IMG/VR virus record: IMGVR_UViG_3300044712_000336
Coordinates: 40,711-104,710 of that record
Strand: one strand, 5' to 3'
DNA from: a virus
Length of the DNA stretch: 64,000 bases
The notes below the pieces were generated by a model that saw nothing but the letters and a program-made list of their open reading frames with translations, was not told the origin of the DNA and made no database searches. Positions within the stretch are counted from its first letter, which is position 1, and each line of letters begins with the position of its first letter. Below, one piece after another: positions 8,059 through 18,094 of the stretch. The translations under genes were made by a program, and so were the position numbers.

Positions 8059-8303
8059 TGGAAGAACAATTAGAACCATACTTAGATTTCCAATATCATG
8101 GAAATAAAGAAGATATAACAGCAGTTAATAGTTCTTTACAAGTATTAGAGAAGATAATGGATCGTAAATATTTTGAGATAATAAGAAATACATTCTCATT
8201 ACAAAATGAGTACTGGCGTATAAGTAATAAATGTGGTGAATCATTAGAAGCTATGATAAGATTAACTGAGTATGTATCAAATTTAACATCAAAACAAGAA
8301 TAG
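8058..8303 (+). CDS. Hypothetical protein
   Basis: TAATG-coupled ORF. Confidence 0.65.
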   Translation: MEEQLEPYLDFQYHGNKEDITAVNSSLQVLEKIMDRKYFEIIRNTFSLQNEYWRISNKCGESLEAMIRLTEYVSNLTSKQE

Positions 8304-8304
8304 T

Positions 8305-8529
8305 ATGGATATAACAATGTGTACAGGAATAGAATGTCCAATAAAGGAAACCTGTTTAAGGTATAAAGGTGAAGTTAATAAACGTTATCAAAGTTTCTTT
8401 AAATATATTCCAGTAAAAGATGGTAAATGTGAATATTATTGGGAAATAAAAGAACATACACCATTAACAGAAAAAGAAGAAATGGATCAATATTTTGATA
8501 AATTAATACAATTAGGGTTATGGGAATAA
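8305..8529 (+). CDS. Small Cys-rich hypothetical protein
   Basis: MDITMC-x4-CP-x4-CLRY...CEYYW, a possible metal-binding domain. Confidence 0.7.
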   Translation: MDITMCTGIECPIKETCLRYKGEVNKRYQSFFKYIPVKDGKCEYYWEIKEHTPLTEKEEMDQYFDKLIQLGLWE

Positions 8530-9071
8530 AATCAAAATTAGTAGATTTGTATTATGATACAAAGAATTTCTTTATAAATGTATGGTTGTACAGGAAAACA
8601 TTAGCTAAAGATAGACATTGGGATTATGTGTATATATTATATATGTTAAAACGTAAGTTAGAATTAACTAGAGATGTTATATTAAAAGACGAATATACAT
8701 GCTCAGAAAGAACTACACAAGATTTAAGATATATTAATATTTGTATAAAATTAATAGATTATTTAGAAAATAGTTATTACTTATCAGAAAGAGTACGTTA
8801 CTATAATTTTGATATAAACTGGGAAGACATAAAATACAAATATGGAAGAATACAATTATGTAAAAGTACTGAAATAATAGTAACTTTAGATAAATCAGAT
8901 GAATATATTAAAAAATATAAACATGTTTATAAAGAAGTACTTAAAAATTATCCAGAAGAAAAACATGATACACATTTTATAATGTTATATATGGATGATG
9001 CTTTAGAAGATAAAGCATATAAATTATTATTTAACATATTGTATAACAAAATGAGATTTTGGTGGAGGTAA
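8520..9071 (+). CDS. Hypothetical protein
   Basis: ORF with DRHWD and C-terminal WW. Confidence 0.7.
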   Translation: MGIKSKLVDLYYDTKNFFINVWLYRKTLAKDRHWDYVYILYMLKRKLELTRDVILKDEYTCSERTTQDLRYINICIKLIDYLENSYYLSERVRYYNFDINWEDIKYKYGRIQLCKSTEIIVTLDKSDEYIKKYKHVYKEVLKNYPEEKHDTHFIMLYMDDALEDKAYKLLFNILYNKMRFWWR

Positions 9072-9075
9072 TAAT

Positions 9076-9627
9076 ATGGATAAACAGATAAATAAAGCGT
9101 TTGGTAAAAAAATATATTTATTAGGCATTGACCAAGAAGGTACAAAATATTGGTTAGAAGAACCAAAATGGGATTGTGGTTGGTATTGGGGATTTGGGTA
9201 TATTGAATCATATACAAATAATGATAATCCATCATTAAGTAGGGATATAAATTCCCATCAACATTGGGAAGGAACATTGCAAGAATTAAATATTCCCATG
9301 ATGTTGGTAGGATATAAAGGAGTAAGTTATATTAACTGGAATAAAGAAGTATTAGAAAGGAAAGAATATGTACATAATCCTTATGATAATCCATATTTAG
9401 TAGAAAAAACATTTAATGAGAAGGAAGGTTGGGAATTGGGTGAATTATTTGCACAATTTTATTTTCTAAAACAAGCTGCTGAAATGTTTAATAGAGGTAA
9501 AGCTTATATAAGTAATACAATTATTCCTTTATGGAAAGATGATAATAAAGTTAAAGAAATTAATGAAATTATTATACCAAATGTAACTAAAAGAATATTA
9601 GAAATATTAACCCCAAAGAGTGAGTGA
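9076..9627 (+). CDS. Hypothetical phage protein (Trp-rich motif)
   Basis: YWLEEPKWDCGWYWGFGY and SHQHW motifs. Confidence 0.7.
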   Translation: MDKQINKAFGKKIYLLGIDQEGTKYWLEEPKWDCGWYWGFGYIESYTNNDNPSLSRDINSHQHWEGTLQELNIPMMLVGYKGVSYINWNKEVLERKEYVHNPYDNPYLVEKTFNEKEGWELGELFAQFYFLKQAAEMFNRGKAYISNTIIPLWKDDNKVKEINEIIIPNVTKRILEILTPKSE

Positions 9628-10639
9628 ATACTTATCAACGGATAAAATATTATCATCTGTACAGGAAGAATCATTATATTTCCATTACTTTGGAATAGAT
9701 GTAAGTAAAAAGAAATGTAAATCTTTAATACGTGCAGATGATAGTAATGCTTCAATGAAATTTAGAAGGATCAATAATAGAATAAAATGGTCAGATTTTG
9801 GTTCAACATATAGAGATGCTGATATATTTGACTTATTATATATATCTAAAGGTTGGTCTTTCTATGAATCATTAATACATATAAATAATGATTTTAATTT
9901 AGGATTTAAGTATAGTGATAAATATAACATTGATATTGTTGCAAGTAATCCTGTAAATACAGATTTTCTTATTCCTTCATTAAAGGAAAATGAATCAATT
10001 GATATACAAGTAGTACTGAATAAATTTAATAACAAACATGTATTTACAAAAGATGACTTAAAATATTGGATTCAAGGTTATATTAATAAGACTATACTAA
10101 TGAAGGAACATGTATTTTCAGTTAATACTGTACTATTAAATAGTGTTCCTATAATGAGGTATCATAAGAAAGACCCTATTTTCCTGTATGTAGAAATGGT
10201 AGATAATATAAAATTCTACAAGATATATCGTCCATTACATATAGGAAAACAAGGTAAATGGTTATCTAATATACAAAATGCAAGTAAAGCAATTGGTGGA
10301 TTAAAACATTTACAAGATACTAATTATATAATTATAACTAAATCTAAGAAAGATTACATGGTATTACGATGGGTATTAGGATATAATGTAGTATATATTC
10401 AGTCAGAAAGTACACCAATTGATGTTGATATAATGAGTATGTTATGGAATAAATATGAAACTATATATAGTTTATTTGATAATGATGATGCAGGATATAC
10501 TTTAAATGAGAAATTTGCAGAAGTAAATGAAACAATACCTATATTTTATAACACCAATGATGGAAAAGATAGTTGGGATGTTATATTAAAATACGGTATG
10601 GAAAAAACAAGAACAATAATTAATAAGTTAATGATATGA
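9620..10639 (+). CDS. DNA primase (DnaG-like, TOPRIM)
   Basis: N-terminal R.DD..AS...WSDFG, KIYRP, IITKSKKDYM, QSES, FDNDDAG and KDSWD motifs typical of crAss-like primases. Start may be the GTG at 9620. Confidence 0.85.
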   Translation: MSEYLSTDKILSSVQEESLYFHYFGIDVSKKKCKSLIRADDSNASMKFRRINNRIKWSDFGSTYRDADIFDLLYISKGWSFYESLIHINNDFNLGFKYSDKYNIDIVASNPVNTDFLIPSLKENESIDIQVVLNKFNNKHVFTKDDLKYWIQGYINKTILMKEHVFSVNTVLLNSVPIMRYHKKDPIFLYVEMVDNIKFYKIYRPLHIGKQGKWLSNIQNASKAIGGLKHLQDTNYIIITKSKKDYMVLRWVLGYNVVYIQSESTPIDVDIMSMLWNKYETIYSLFDNDDAGYTLNEKFAEVNETIPIFYNTNDGKDSWDVILKYGMEKTRTIINKLMI

Positions 10640-11130
10640 CACAAAAAGAACAAAATACAGTAGATAGTTTATTACAAGCTATAAAAGATTTAAGAACTGA
10701 TAATACACAATATAGAGAGTATATAAATAAACAAGTAGAAAATTTATCTAAATTAGTTGAACATAAGCATGTTCCTTTATCATTAGAAGAAAATATATTA
10801 CAAGTTAGTAAGAATGCTATACAAAAGAGTATTAATGATGCTTTATCAGCATATGATAGTCCTTTAAAAAGATATATAACTGTTTCAATTAGTAAGTATG
10901 AAACTGACATTATTAGAGTATTTCAAGATGTGTTTAAAGAGGAAATACATACAGAGCAGTTTAAAGAAGTAGCAAAAGAAGAAATATTGCGTAAAGTTGT
11001 CAAAAGTATTATTTCTGGAATTGATGGTTCTGTAGACAAAGTAGTAAATCAAATGAAACAAGATAGTATATTTAGAAGTAAATTAACTCTAACAGTTAAT
11101 ACATTAGTAGAGGAATTTTTAAATAAATAA
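10636..11130 (+). CDS. Hypothetical alpha-helical protein
   Basis: ATGA-coupled ORF. Confidence 0.7.
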   Translation: MTQKEQNTVDSLLQAIKDLRTDNTQYREYINKQVENLSKLVEHKHVPLSLEENILQVSKNAIQKSINDALSAYDSPLKRYITVSISKYETDIIRVFQDVFKEEIHTEQFKEVAKEEILRKVVKSIISGIDGSVDKVVNQMKQDSIFRSKLTLTVNTLVEEFLNK

Positions 11131-11131
11131 T

Positions 11132-11311
11132 ATGATACCACTAAGATTAAACTCAGATAATGGTATAGTTATAGTTACTAAAGGTAAAGATAGACTATAT
11201 TATAATTTACCATCAGGAATGACTGGTACTGATTTTATAAAGTTTAAAAGAAAACATAAAAAAGAATTAAAAGAATATCAAGAAAATGATATTGAGATTA
11301 TTAATAATTAA
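11132..11311 (+). CDS. Hypothetical protein, 59 aa (not in ORF track)
   Basis: MIPLRLNSDNGIVIVTKGKDRLYYNLPSGMTGTDFIKFKRKHKKELKEYQENDIEIINN; fills the gap. Confidence 0.6.
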   Translation: MIPLRLNSDNGIVIVTKGKDRLYYNLPSGMTGTDFIKFKRKHKKELKEYQENDIEIINN

Positions 11312-11323
11312 TATATTAAAATT

Positions 11324-11446
11324 ATGCCAAAATGTTATGATTGTGGTGATCCACTAGATGATGATATAGTAACATGTACTAATTATGGGAATTGTGATGC
11401 AGCAGATTTACAAATAGATCAAAGTAATAATACAGATAATGAGTAA
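11324..11446 (+). CDS. Small acidic Cys4 zinc-ribbon-like protein, 40 aa (not in ORF track)
   Basis: MPKCYDCGDPLDDDIVTCTNYGNCDAADLQIDQSNNTDNE; resembles the repeats in 1807-2031. Confidence 0.6.
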   Translation: MPKCYDCGDPLDDDIVTCTNYGNCDAADLQIDQSNNTDNE

Positions 11447-11969
11447 TATTAAACATGGTATGAGAATACCTAAATCATTCTTTATTACATCTGGATATGG
11501 TGAAAGTGATAATACATTACATGCAGGATCATATCATATAATGTTAAATATGATGGGTATTGCAGGACAAAATATTATGAATTATAGTAGTGTATTACCA
11601 GCTAATTGTATAGAAATAGAAAAACCTAACTGGTTGTATAAATCAGAAGTAAGAGGTGCTGTAATGGAAGTTATAATGAGCTCCTGTAATGGAAGAGCAG
11701 AAGAATTACTATCAGCAGGAATTATATATGCTTATACTTATGAAGATGAAGAAATGACAAAATGTACAGGTGGATTAGTATGTGAAATTAATGGTAGTTA
11801 TAGTGATGAATCTCTTGAATATAAATTACAAGAAGCATTGAAGGAAATATATAATAATGGATTTTCACATGAATACTTAGGTAGTCCTACTATTATTAAG
11901 AAATCATTTACACCTGAATTACAATATGGTAGTGTAGGTGTAGCTTTATGTTTTATTGATTATGAATAA
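11439..11969 (+). CDS. pdaD: Pyruvoyl-dependent arginine decarboxylase
   Basis: IPKSFFITSGYGES...GIAGQNIMNYSSVLP (Ser-Ser autocleavage site), GAVMEVIMS, LSAGI, GLVCE. Confidence 0.85.
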   Translation: MSNIKHGMRIPKSFFITSGYGESDNTLHAGSYHIMLNMMGIAGQNIMNYSSVLPANCIEIEKPNWLYKSEVRGAVMEVIMSSCNGRAEELLSAGIIYAYTYEDEEMTKCTGGLVCEINGSYSDESLEYKLQEALKEIYNNGFSHEYLGSPTIIKKSFTPELQYGSVGVALCFIDYE

Positions 11970-11984
11970 TAAATTATTATAATA

Positions 11985-12341
11985 ATGGAAAATCAAAGTT
12001 TAGATGAACGTAAGTTAGAAATACAAGAAGATATAAATGATTTAAAATCTAAATTATTAAAATTAGAACAAGAGTTAAAACAACTTCAAGATATAGTTGA
12101 AGTAACTACTAAAGATTTATATTCTAATATAGAACAATATTTTACTGTAGAAGTGTTTTATAAATCTTATGAACGTATATTAGGCGGTGATGGAAGATCT
12201 AGTCCTTGGAGTGAAACAGTAAAAGGAAATGTTGCTATAGTTAAATTAAATAATAAATATTATATAACAGAACAACAAAAAGAAATTATAAAAGAGTACA
12301 TTTATAATGTATATAAACCAAATAGGATTAGCTTTGAATAA
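11985..12341 (+). CDS. Hypothetical protein with N-terminal coiled coil
   Basis: Heptad-rich N-terminus. Confidence 0.65.
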   Translation: MENQSLDERKLEIQEDINDLKSKLLKLEQELKQLQDIVEVTTKDLYSNIEQYFTVEVFYKSYERILGGDGRSSPWSETVKGNVAIVKLNNKYYITEQQKEIIKEYIYNVYKPNRISFE

Positions 12342-12359
12342 TAATACAATAATACAATA

Positions 12360-12542
12360 ATGGAAGAAGAACTACAAAATGAACCAATTATTATTGATGG
12401 GTATGAATTAGAAGATTGGCCAGATGATGAACCGTCTTGTGAACCAGAGTGTCCAGAATCAACAGAAGATGATGGTATAGAATGTGAATTTGAAAATAGA
12501 GATGGTAGTTGGTGGTGTACTACACATAATTGTTATGCGTAA
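12360..12542 (+). CDS. Small, very acidic Cys-containing protein
   Basis: About one third Asp/Glu; C-terminal CEF...WWCTTHNC. Confidence 0.65.
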   Translation: MEEELQNEPIIIDGYELEDWPDDEPSCEPECPESTEDDGIECEFENRDGSWWCTTHNCYA

Positions 12543-13102
12543 TGAATAATATTGAATTAATTAAACCATTGCTTTCCTTTAATAGCGAAGATGATTTCTA
12601 TCATTTACAAATATTAAAGAGAAAAAAAGAACATCCAGAATTAGGAAGTAATAGTTATGTAGTTAAAACATACTATATAAGATCTATTCAACATTTAGAA
12701 AATATAATGAATGAAGTTATATGTATATGTGATTTTCATAATGCTAGAGCTTGTATAAACTTGAATAAACGAAGTTTTGAGAAGTTAGCCTATCAAATGT
12801 TAAAGAAAGTTACAGATTGTATATTAAATAAAGATTTTAAATCTGTAAGAAAATCTTATGAAAGTGTATGTGGTAGTTTTAGTAATGAGAAAGATAATAA
12901 GAAATGGATTATTGATGTTGATGATAAAACTACACATAAAGTATTAGAAGAGCATTTTAAATGGATTAATGTTCCTATATTAGCTAATATTCCTACTAAG
13001 AATGGTTGTCATTTAATAGTAAATCCATTTGATATTAAATTATTTATTACTAAAAGTGATATACATAAGAATAATCCAACATTATTATACTTTAAAGATT
13101 AA
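12530..13102 (+). CDS. Putative AEP (primase-polymerase) superfamily protein
   Basis: WIIDVDD (hhhDhD) and PTKNGCHLI (sxxGxH) motifs. True start probably the ATG at 12542 (MNNIELIK). Confidence 0.55.
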   Translation: MLCVMNNIELIKPLLSFNSEDDFYHLQILKRKKEHPELGSNSYVVKTYYIRSIQHLENIMNEVICICDFHNARACINLNKRSFEKLAYQMLKKVTDCILNKDFKSVRKSYESVCGSFSNEKDNKKWIIDVDDKTTHKVLEEHFKWINVPILANIPTKNGCHLIVNPFDIKLFITKSDIHKNNPTLLYFKD

Positions 13103-13108
13103 TTAGTA

Positions 13109-13372
13109 ATGCAACATATAACCAAAGAAGAATTTATCAAACGACTGAAAGAAAATAAAGAAGATTTTCAAAGTTTTGATGAAAAGATTGATTATAGATT
13201 ACCAGTAATACAATATTATATCACCAATTATAGTGATATAACTATAGTAAATAATGGAAAACAATTAAACACTAAGAATATAATAATAACTATATCAGAT
13301 AGAGATTTATCATATCCATTAGTAAATTTAGCATTTGAAGGATTAGTAAAACGATTAAATGAATTTGAATAA
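13109..13372 (+). CDS. Hypothetical protein
   Basis: ORF in operon. Confidence 0.6.
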   Translation: MQHITKEEFIKRLKENKEDFQSFDEKIDYRLPVIQYYITNYSDITIVNNGKQLNTKNIIITISDRDLSYPLVNLAFEGLVKRLNEFE

Positions 13373-13797
13373 TGCAAGAACAATTAATATCAATAGAAAC
13401 AGCTAAATTAGCTAAAAAGGCTAACTTCTATTTAGAAAGAACTTTACTTTTTAGTAAAGAAGATGGTAATGGTACAATATATTTTGGTAATAATACTATT
13501 GATTCAGATGAAGAAGTAAAAAGAAAATATTTATCTGGTGAATTTACTGATTTTGAAGGTAATCCAGTATATTTAATAGTAACCCAATCATTATTACAAA
13601 AATGGTTAAGAGAAGTACATAATATTATTATAGCAGTTGATATAAATTGTTTAGAAAATAGTGGATTTACTTATAATATAGGTAATATTTTAACTAGAGA
13701 AACAATACAAGAAGGTGATGATTTTAATATTTATGAAGAAGCATTAGAAGATGGACTACAAGAAGTATTAAAATTAATTGATAATAATGGAAAATAA
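13372..13797 (+). CDS. Hypothetical protein of a type common in Bacteroidota phages
   Basis: ISIETAKLAKK...TQSLLQKWLRE...YEEALE pattern. Confidence 0.7.
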   Translation: MQEQLISIETAKLAKKANFYLERTLLFSKEDGNGTIYFGNNTIDSDEEVKRKYLSGEFTDFEGNPVYLIVTQSLLQKWLREVHNIIIAVDINCLENSGFTYNIGNILTRETIQEGDDFNIYEEALEDGLQEVLKLIDNNGK

Positions 13798-13978
13798 CTA
13801 TAACACACCAATGACACTTACTATTCAAGTTATTAAAGATAAACTCTTTATTAATGGAATAGAAATAGTAAGAATGGAACAAACTGATGGAGATATTATA
13901 TACGTATCTAATATTGTAAATGGTAATACTACTATTGTTAATTTAGGTAGTAGTGCAGGAAAGGGTTATACAACATGA
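13778..13978 (+). CDS. Hypothetical protein
   Basis: ORF; start probably the ATG near 13787. Confidence 0.55.
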   Translation: MIIMENNYNTPMTLTIQVIKDKLFINGIEIVRMEQTDGDIIYVSNIVNGNTTIVNLGSSAGKGYTT

Positions 13979-14136
13979 TAATAGCTGCAATAATAATGTA
14001 TCTTATAGGAATACCAATTGGATATTGGGGGATTGTTGCAATTAATAATATGATTAATATTAATTTTCCAAAATGGTTATGTATATTTAGTTTATTTATT
14101 ATAATTTATATACTAATTAAATACACAAAATTATGA
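13975..14136 (+). CDS. Small two-helix membrane protein, 53 aa (not in ORF track)
   Basis: MIIAAIIMYLIGIPIGYWGIVAINNMININFPKWLCIFSLFIIIYILIKYTKL; ATGA overlaps at both ends. Confidence 0.65.
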   Translation: MIIAAIIMYLIGIPIGYWGIVAINNMININFPKWLCIFSLFIIIYILIKYTKL

Positions 14137-14957
14137 GTAAAGAACTTATGCAATTAAATACAGAAAATTTACTATGGCAAATCCAAACTACTACTGATAC
14201 AAGTAGTGATGATTATAGTAAACTGTATAAACTATATGACAGTGTTACACCTAAAGGAAAATTATCATATTTTCCTGTATCATATAAACATTTACATGAA
14301 CTTACAACTAATTTAATACATAAACATGGTTATATAATATTAGATGTTAAAGTTAAATTAGGTAAATGTAATAAAGATGGCATTATAAATACGTTTATTA
14401 CTACATTTTCCTTGAGTGGTAAAGGAAATCCATCAGAAGAATATACTAAGATGATAGCAATACAATCATCACATGATAAATCTACAAGTATTAGAATTGT
14501 TGGTGGGTCTTATGTTAATATATGTACTAATGGAAATATATTTGGTGAAATTATTGAAGTACGTAAACATACTAAAAATGTATTACAGGATATAAATGAT
14601 AAATTTGAATCATGTATTAAAGGATTAGAAAAGAATTATAGTGATTTTGTAATTCTTGCTGATGATTTACGTAAATGTAAAATTACAGCAAATAGTAGTT
14701 ACGGTTTAGTAGGTATTATATATTGTTCCTTGAGAGATAATGGGATTGAATTACCATTGAAGATATTAGATAATATTTATAAGAATATGACTAAAACTAA
14801 ACCTACAAATGCTTGGCTACTATATAATATTTATACAGATTGTTTTAAAGAAGTAAATGTAGAATATTATATTAAAGCACATTCAGTATTATTAAATGTA
14901 TTTAAAGACTATGTTGAATTAATTAAAAATAGAAGTAATGGAAGAAAAGAAGGTTAA
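14133..14957 (+). CDS. DUF932-like protein
   Basis: SSHDKS...GSYVNICTNG...RKHT and W.LYN..T motifs. Confidence 0.75.
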   Translation: MSKELMQLNTENLLWQIQTTTDTSSDDYSKLYKLYDSVTPKGKLSYFPVSYKHLHELTTNLIHKHGYIILDVKVKLGKCNKDGIINTFITTFSLSGKGNPSEEYTKMIAIQSSHDKSTSIRIVGGSYVNICTNGNIFGEIIEVRKHTKNVLQDINDKFESCIKGLEKNYSDFVILADDLRKCKITANSSYGLVGIIYCSLRDNGIELPLKILDNIYKNMTKTKPTNAWLLYNIYTDCFKEVNVEYYIKAHSVLLNVFKDYVELIKNRSNGRKEG

Positions 14958-15417
14958 AATAATACCACCAGAAGGTTGGGAAATTGATATTGAAAAATCA
15001 AATTTAAGTACTGGTGATATAGTATATCAAGAAATTGTTAAAAATAAACTACCTAAAAGTTGGGGGGAATTAAAAACAATACAAGGATGTTGGATCGCTA
15101 AGGGCTCTAAAATAGGATATGATTATAATATAACATGTACTAATGATAATAAAAACATATTCCCAACTAAAGAATATGCAGAAGCAGTATTAGCATTAGC
15201 CCAATTATTACAATTAAGAGAAAGATATATAGGTGATTGGAAACCTGATTGGACAAATCCTACTATAAAACATGGTATAAGTAATATTAGTAATAAATTA
15301 GATGAATGTTCATCTTATTATACTAATAAAGTATTATCATTTCCTACACAAGAATTAAGAGATGAATTTTATAATAATTTCCAAGAATTGTTAGAAACAG
15401 CTAAACCATTGTTATAA
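14938..15417 (+). CDS. Hypothetical phage protein
   Basis: PEGWEID, LPKSWGE, AEAVLALAQLLQLR, WKPDW, LSFPT pattern. Confidence 0.7.
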   Translation: MEEKKVKIIPPEGWEIDIEKSNLSTGDIVYQEIVKNKLPKSWGELKTIQGCWIAKGSKIGYDYNITCTNDNKNIFPTKEYAEAVLALAQLLQLRERYIGDWKPDWTNPTIKHGISNISNKLDECSSYYTNKVLSFPTQELRDEFYNNFQELLETAKPLL

Positions 15418-16097
15418 TGCAGGAAAATAGAATTCCTACATTAACTAGAGATATAGCAGAAAATTGGTTTACTAAAACAGAATTAAAACCATTAAAAGAT
15501 TTAATATCATTTGGTAATAGTAAGTTATCTCGTGATGGTTGGGGTAAAGATATAGCAATATTTAACTTAGGTTCAGCTACTAATTGTTATAGTAATTTAA
15601 CTGGACAATGCACAATTGGTAAAAAATGTTATGCTTTAAAAGCAGAGAGACAATACCCAAGAGTATTAAATTATAGAGAGAATCAATCAGTATATTGGGA
15701 TAGTATAGATTACTTACAATTTTATAAAGACTTTATGAATATAGTTCAAAAGAGAATTATTAAAATAAAAGCATTAAGATTTAATGAAAGTGGTGATATA
15801 AGGAATTTGGATGATTTAATTAAAATGAGTAATATTGCTGAATTATTATCATTTGTAGATATTAGAGTATATACTTATACAGCTAATAAGAATGTAATAG
15901 ATGAAGCGTTTTCATCTAAATATAAATGGCATAATAATTTGGTTATAAATGGTAGTGGATTTATGGTAGATAATTCATTTACAGCAGTTAAAGAGTTTCC
16001 AAATATACCTAATACAAAACATTGTTTAGGTAATTGTGGAATATGTACATTATGTATGATTAAAGGAAATAGTGATATTTACATTAAATTACATTAA
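15417..16097 (+). CDS. Gp88-like Cys-rich phage protein
   Basis: GNSKL...FNL..A..C...C....CYA.K, RFNESGD, YTYT, C-terminal CLGNCGICTLC...H. Confidence 0.7.
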   Translation: MQENRIPTLTRDIAENWFTKTELKPLKDLISFGNSKLSRDGWGKDIAIFNLGSATNCYSNLTGQCTIGKKCYALKAERQYPRVLNYRENQSVYWDSIDYLQFYKDFMNIVQKRIIKIKALRFNESGDIRNLDDLIKMSNIAELLSFVDIRVYTYTANKNVIDEAFSSKYKWHNNLVINGSGFMVDNSFTAVKEFPNIPNTKHCLGNCGICTLCMIKGNSDIYIKLH

Positions 16098-16120
16098 TAA
16101 CAATTAAAAAATTAAACAAA

Positions 16121-16450
16121 ATGGGTAAAATAGTAATTATTCCTACAGAGGATAACAAAAAGAAAGTAGCATATAAATCTTCTAATAATGGAAGAGTTGA
16201 AGAGTTATCAGAAATGAATTATAAACATTTTCAAAACGCTTTTGATAAATGGAATAAAGATAATAATACAGATCATACTTATAATGCAATTAGACAATAT
16301 CCTGATGAAGCATTAATTTGTTTAGTATTAAGTGGAGAAGCTGCTAAACGAGTACTACTTGAACGTGATTGGTCTAAAAATAAAGAATTAGAAGAATTAC
16401 AAGCAAAAGTAGATGAATTACAAAAACAAATTAATGCTTTTAAAGCATAA
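16121..16450 (+). CDS. Hypothetical protein with C-terminal coiled coil
   Basis: ORF with A-rich leader. Confidence 0.65.
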   Translation: MGKIVIIPTEDNKKKVAYKSSNNGRVEELSEMNYKHFQNAFDKWNKDNNTDHTYNAIRQYPDEALICLVLSGEAAKRVLLERDWSKNKELEELQAKVDELQKQINAFKA

Positions 16451-16471
16451 TAGTTAATTTAAGTAAGCTAT

Positions 16472-17332
16472 ATGTATAATCCAATAATTGATGGGGATGG
16501 TATAATATATGCCATCTCCTCTACTTTAGATAATCAATATTTAGGATGTATTGATTCCGAAGGTAACTTTCTACCAAAAGTATCAATTGTAGATAAGTTA
16601 GCAAAAGACTATTTACAAAAGAAAATGCGTAGTATATTAAATTTTGTACAAGCAAATAGATATATTATATTATATCATGGCTCAAATGACTATAGAACAA
16701 CTATTGATAAGTCTTATAAATCACATAGAAAAGAAAAACCAATAGGATTAAATAGGGTAAGACAATTATTAATAGATAGATATAAAGCTATTAAAGTTGA
16801 ACATATTGAAACAGATGATGCATGTTGTATTACGTATATTCATTATAATACACCAGAAATGATTAAATTATATGGTATTCCTATATTATGTCATAGTGAT
16901 AAAGACTTAAAACAAATTACAGGTAAACACTTAATATTACCAAAAAATCATAATCAAAGTCTTGAAATTCAAGATATTTCTGATAAAGAAAGTACACATA
17001 ATTTAATATTACAATTATTAATGGGGGATTCCACAGATACAATACATGGTATTGAAGGAATCGGTGTAGCTAAAGCGTTAGATATTATAAGGGGTGTAGT
17101 TACTAAAGGTATTGATGGAACAATCTATGAGAATGATTTATTTAAATATTTAAAAGATTCAGGAAGAAATGATAGTAAATTATTCCAAATAGCATTAGAT
17201 TGTTATATTAAAAGATATGGTAGTATTAAAGGTACTTATGAATTTGCTACTAACTTTTTACAAGTATTCATGTTAAGAGATACAAGTAAGAAAGACTTTG
17301 AAATCCCTAACTATATAAAGATAAAAAGATGA
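16472..17332 (+). CDS. 5'-3' exonuclease (FEN/T7 gp6-like)
   Basis: IIDGDG, YKSHR, ETDD, SDKDLKQ, GDSTDTIHGIEGIGVAKA (H3TH). Confidence 0.92.
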   Translation: MYNPIIDGDGIIYAISSTLDNQYLGCIDSEGNFLPKVSIVDKLAKDYLQKKMRSILNFVQANRYIILYHGSNDYRTTIDKSYKSHRKEKPIGLNRVRQLLIDRYKAIKVEHIETDDACCITYIHYNTPEMIKLYGIPILCHSDKDLKQITGKHLILPKNHNQSLEIQDISDKESTHNLILQLLMGDSTDTIHGIEGIGVAKALDIIRGVVTKGIDGTIYENDLFKYLKDSGRNDSKLFQIALDCYIKRYGSIKGTYEFATNFLQVFMLRDTSKKDFEIPNYIKIKR

Positions 17333-17985
17333 TATTCTGCCCTACTTATAATAAAACAACAATGTTAATATTACCATTAACAGGGTTGAGAATATCTGAT
17401 TATGAATTTTATTACTATGATGCTTATTTGGGTAATGATAAATTTGAAAGTCTTAATAATAAGAATGTAATATTTTTAAAGTTATCAATTAATTTACCAT
17501 TTGAAAGTAGTAATACTTTAAAAGAAATGATAAATTATGTAACAGATTATTCCTACATTGGTAATGATGGAAAAGAGTATCAAATTTATGTAATGAGAAT
17601 ATTAGATAAATATATAGATTCTTTTAGGATGATATTATTAGGTAATTATTCAGGATTATCAGATGAAGTAAAGATGTTAATACAATCATCATTCTCACCA
17701 AGTACTTCTAATAATATATATAGAATGTATTTAGCTAAAGTATTATACCCAACACAAAGTGAATTTGAGTATATATTTGAAACATTAATAAGTAATATAG
17801 ACCATGTTTCTACTAATTGGCGCAAATATAGAACATTATTAAAACAAGCATTATTAGAAGGAAGACAAGTTGAGTCAAAGATTAACCTTACTAAAGAATG
17901 GTTAAAATCATATAGTGATATAAATAAACAATTTATTAATAAAGATAATAATTTTAATGATGTATGTACAGCTACTCAAAATTAA
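17329..17985 (+). CDS. Hypothetical protein
   Basis: ATGA-coupled to the exonuclease gene. Confidence 0.7.
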   Translation: MIFCPTYNKTTMLILPLTGLRISDYEFYYYDAYLGNDKFESLNNKNVIFLKLSINLPFESSNTLKEMINYVTDYSYIGNDGKEYQIYVMRILDKYIDSFRMILLGNYSGLSDEVKMLIQSSFSPSTSNNIYRMYLAKVLYPTQSEFEYIFETLISNIDHVSTNWRKYRTLLKQALLEGRQVESKINLTKEWLKSYSDINKQFINKDNNFNDVCTATQN

Positions 17986-18094
17986 ATGGGAAATATATGT
18001 ACTTTTTAGATCGCGCAATTGATTGGTTATTAAAAACTAATATAAATGCAACAACAGGTGATGCAATAAAACTAGCTAATAAAAACTATAATAC

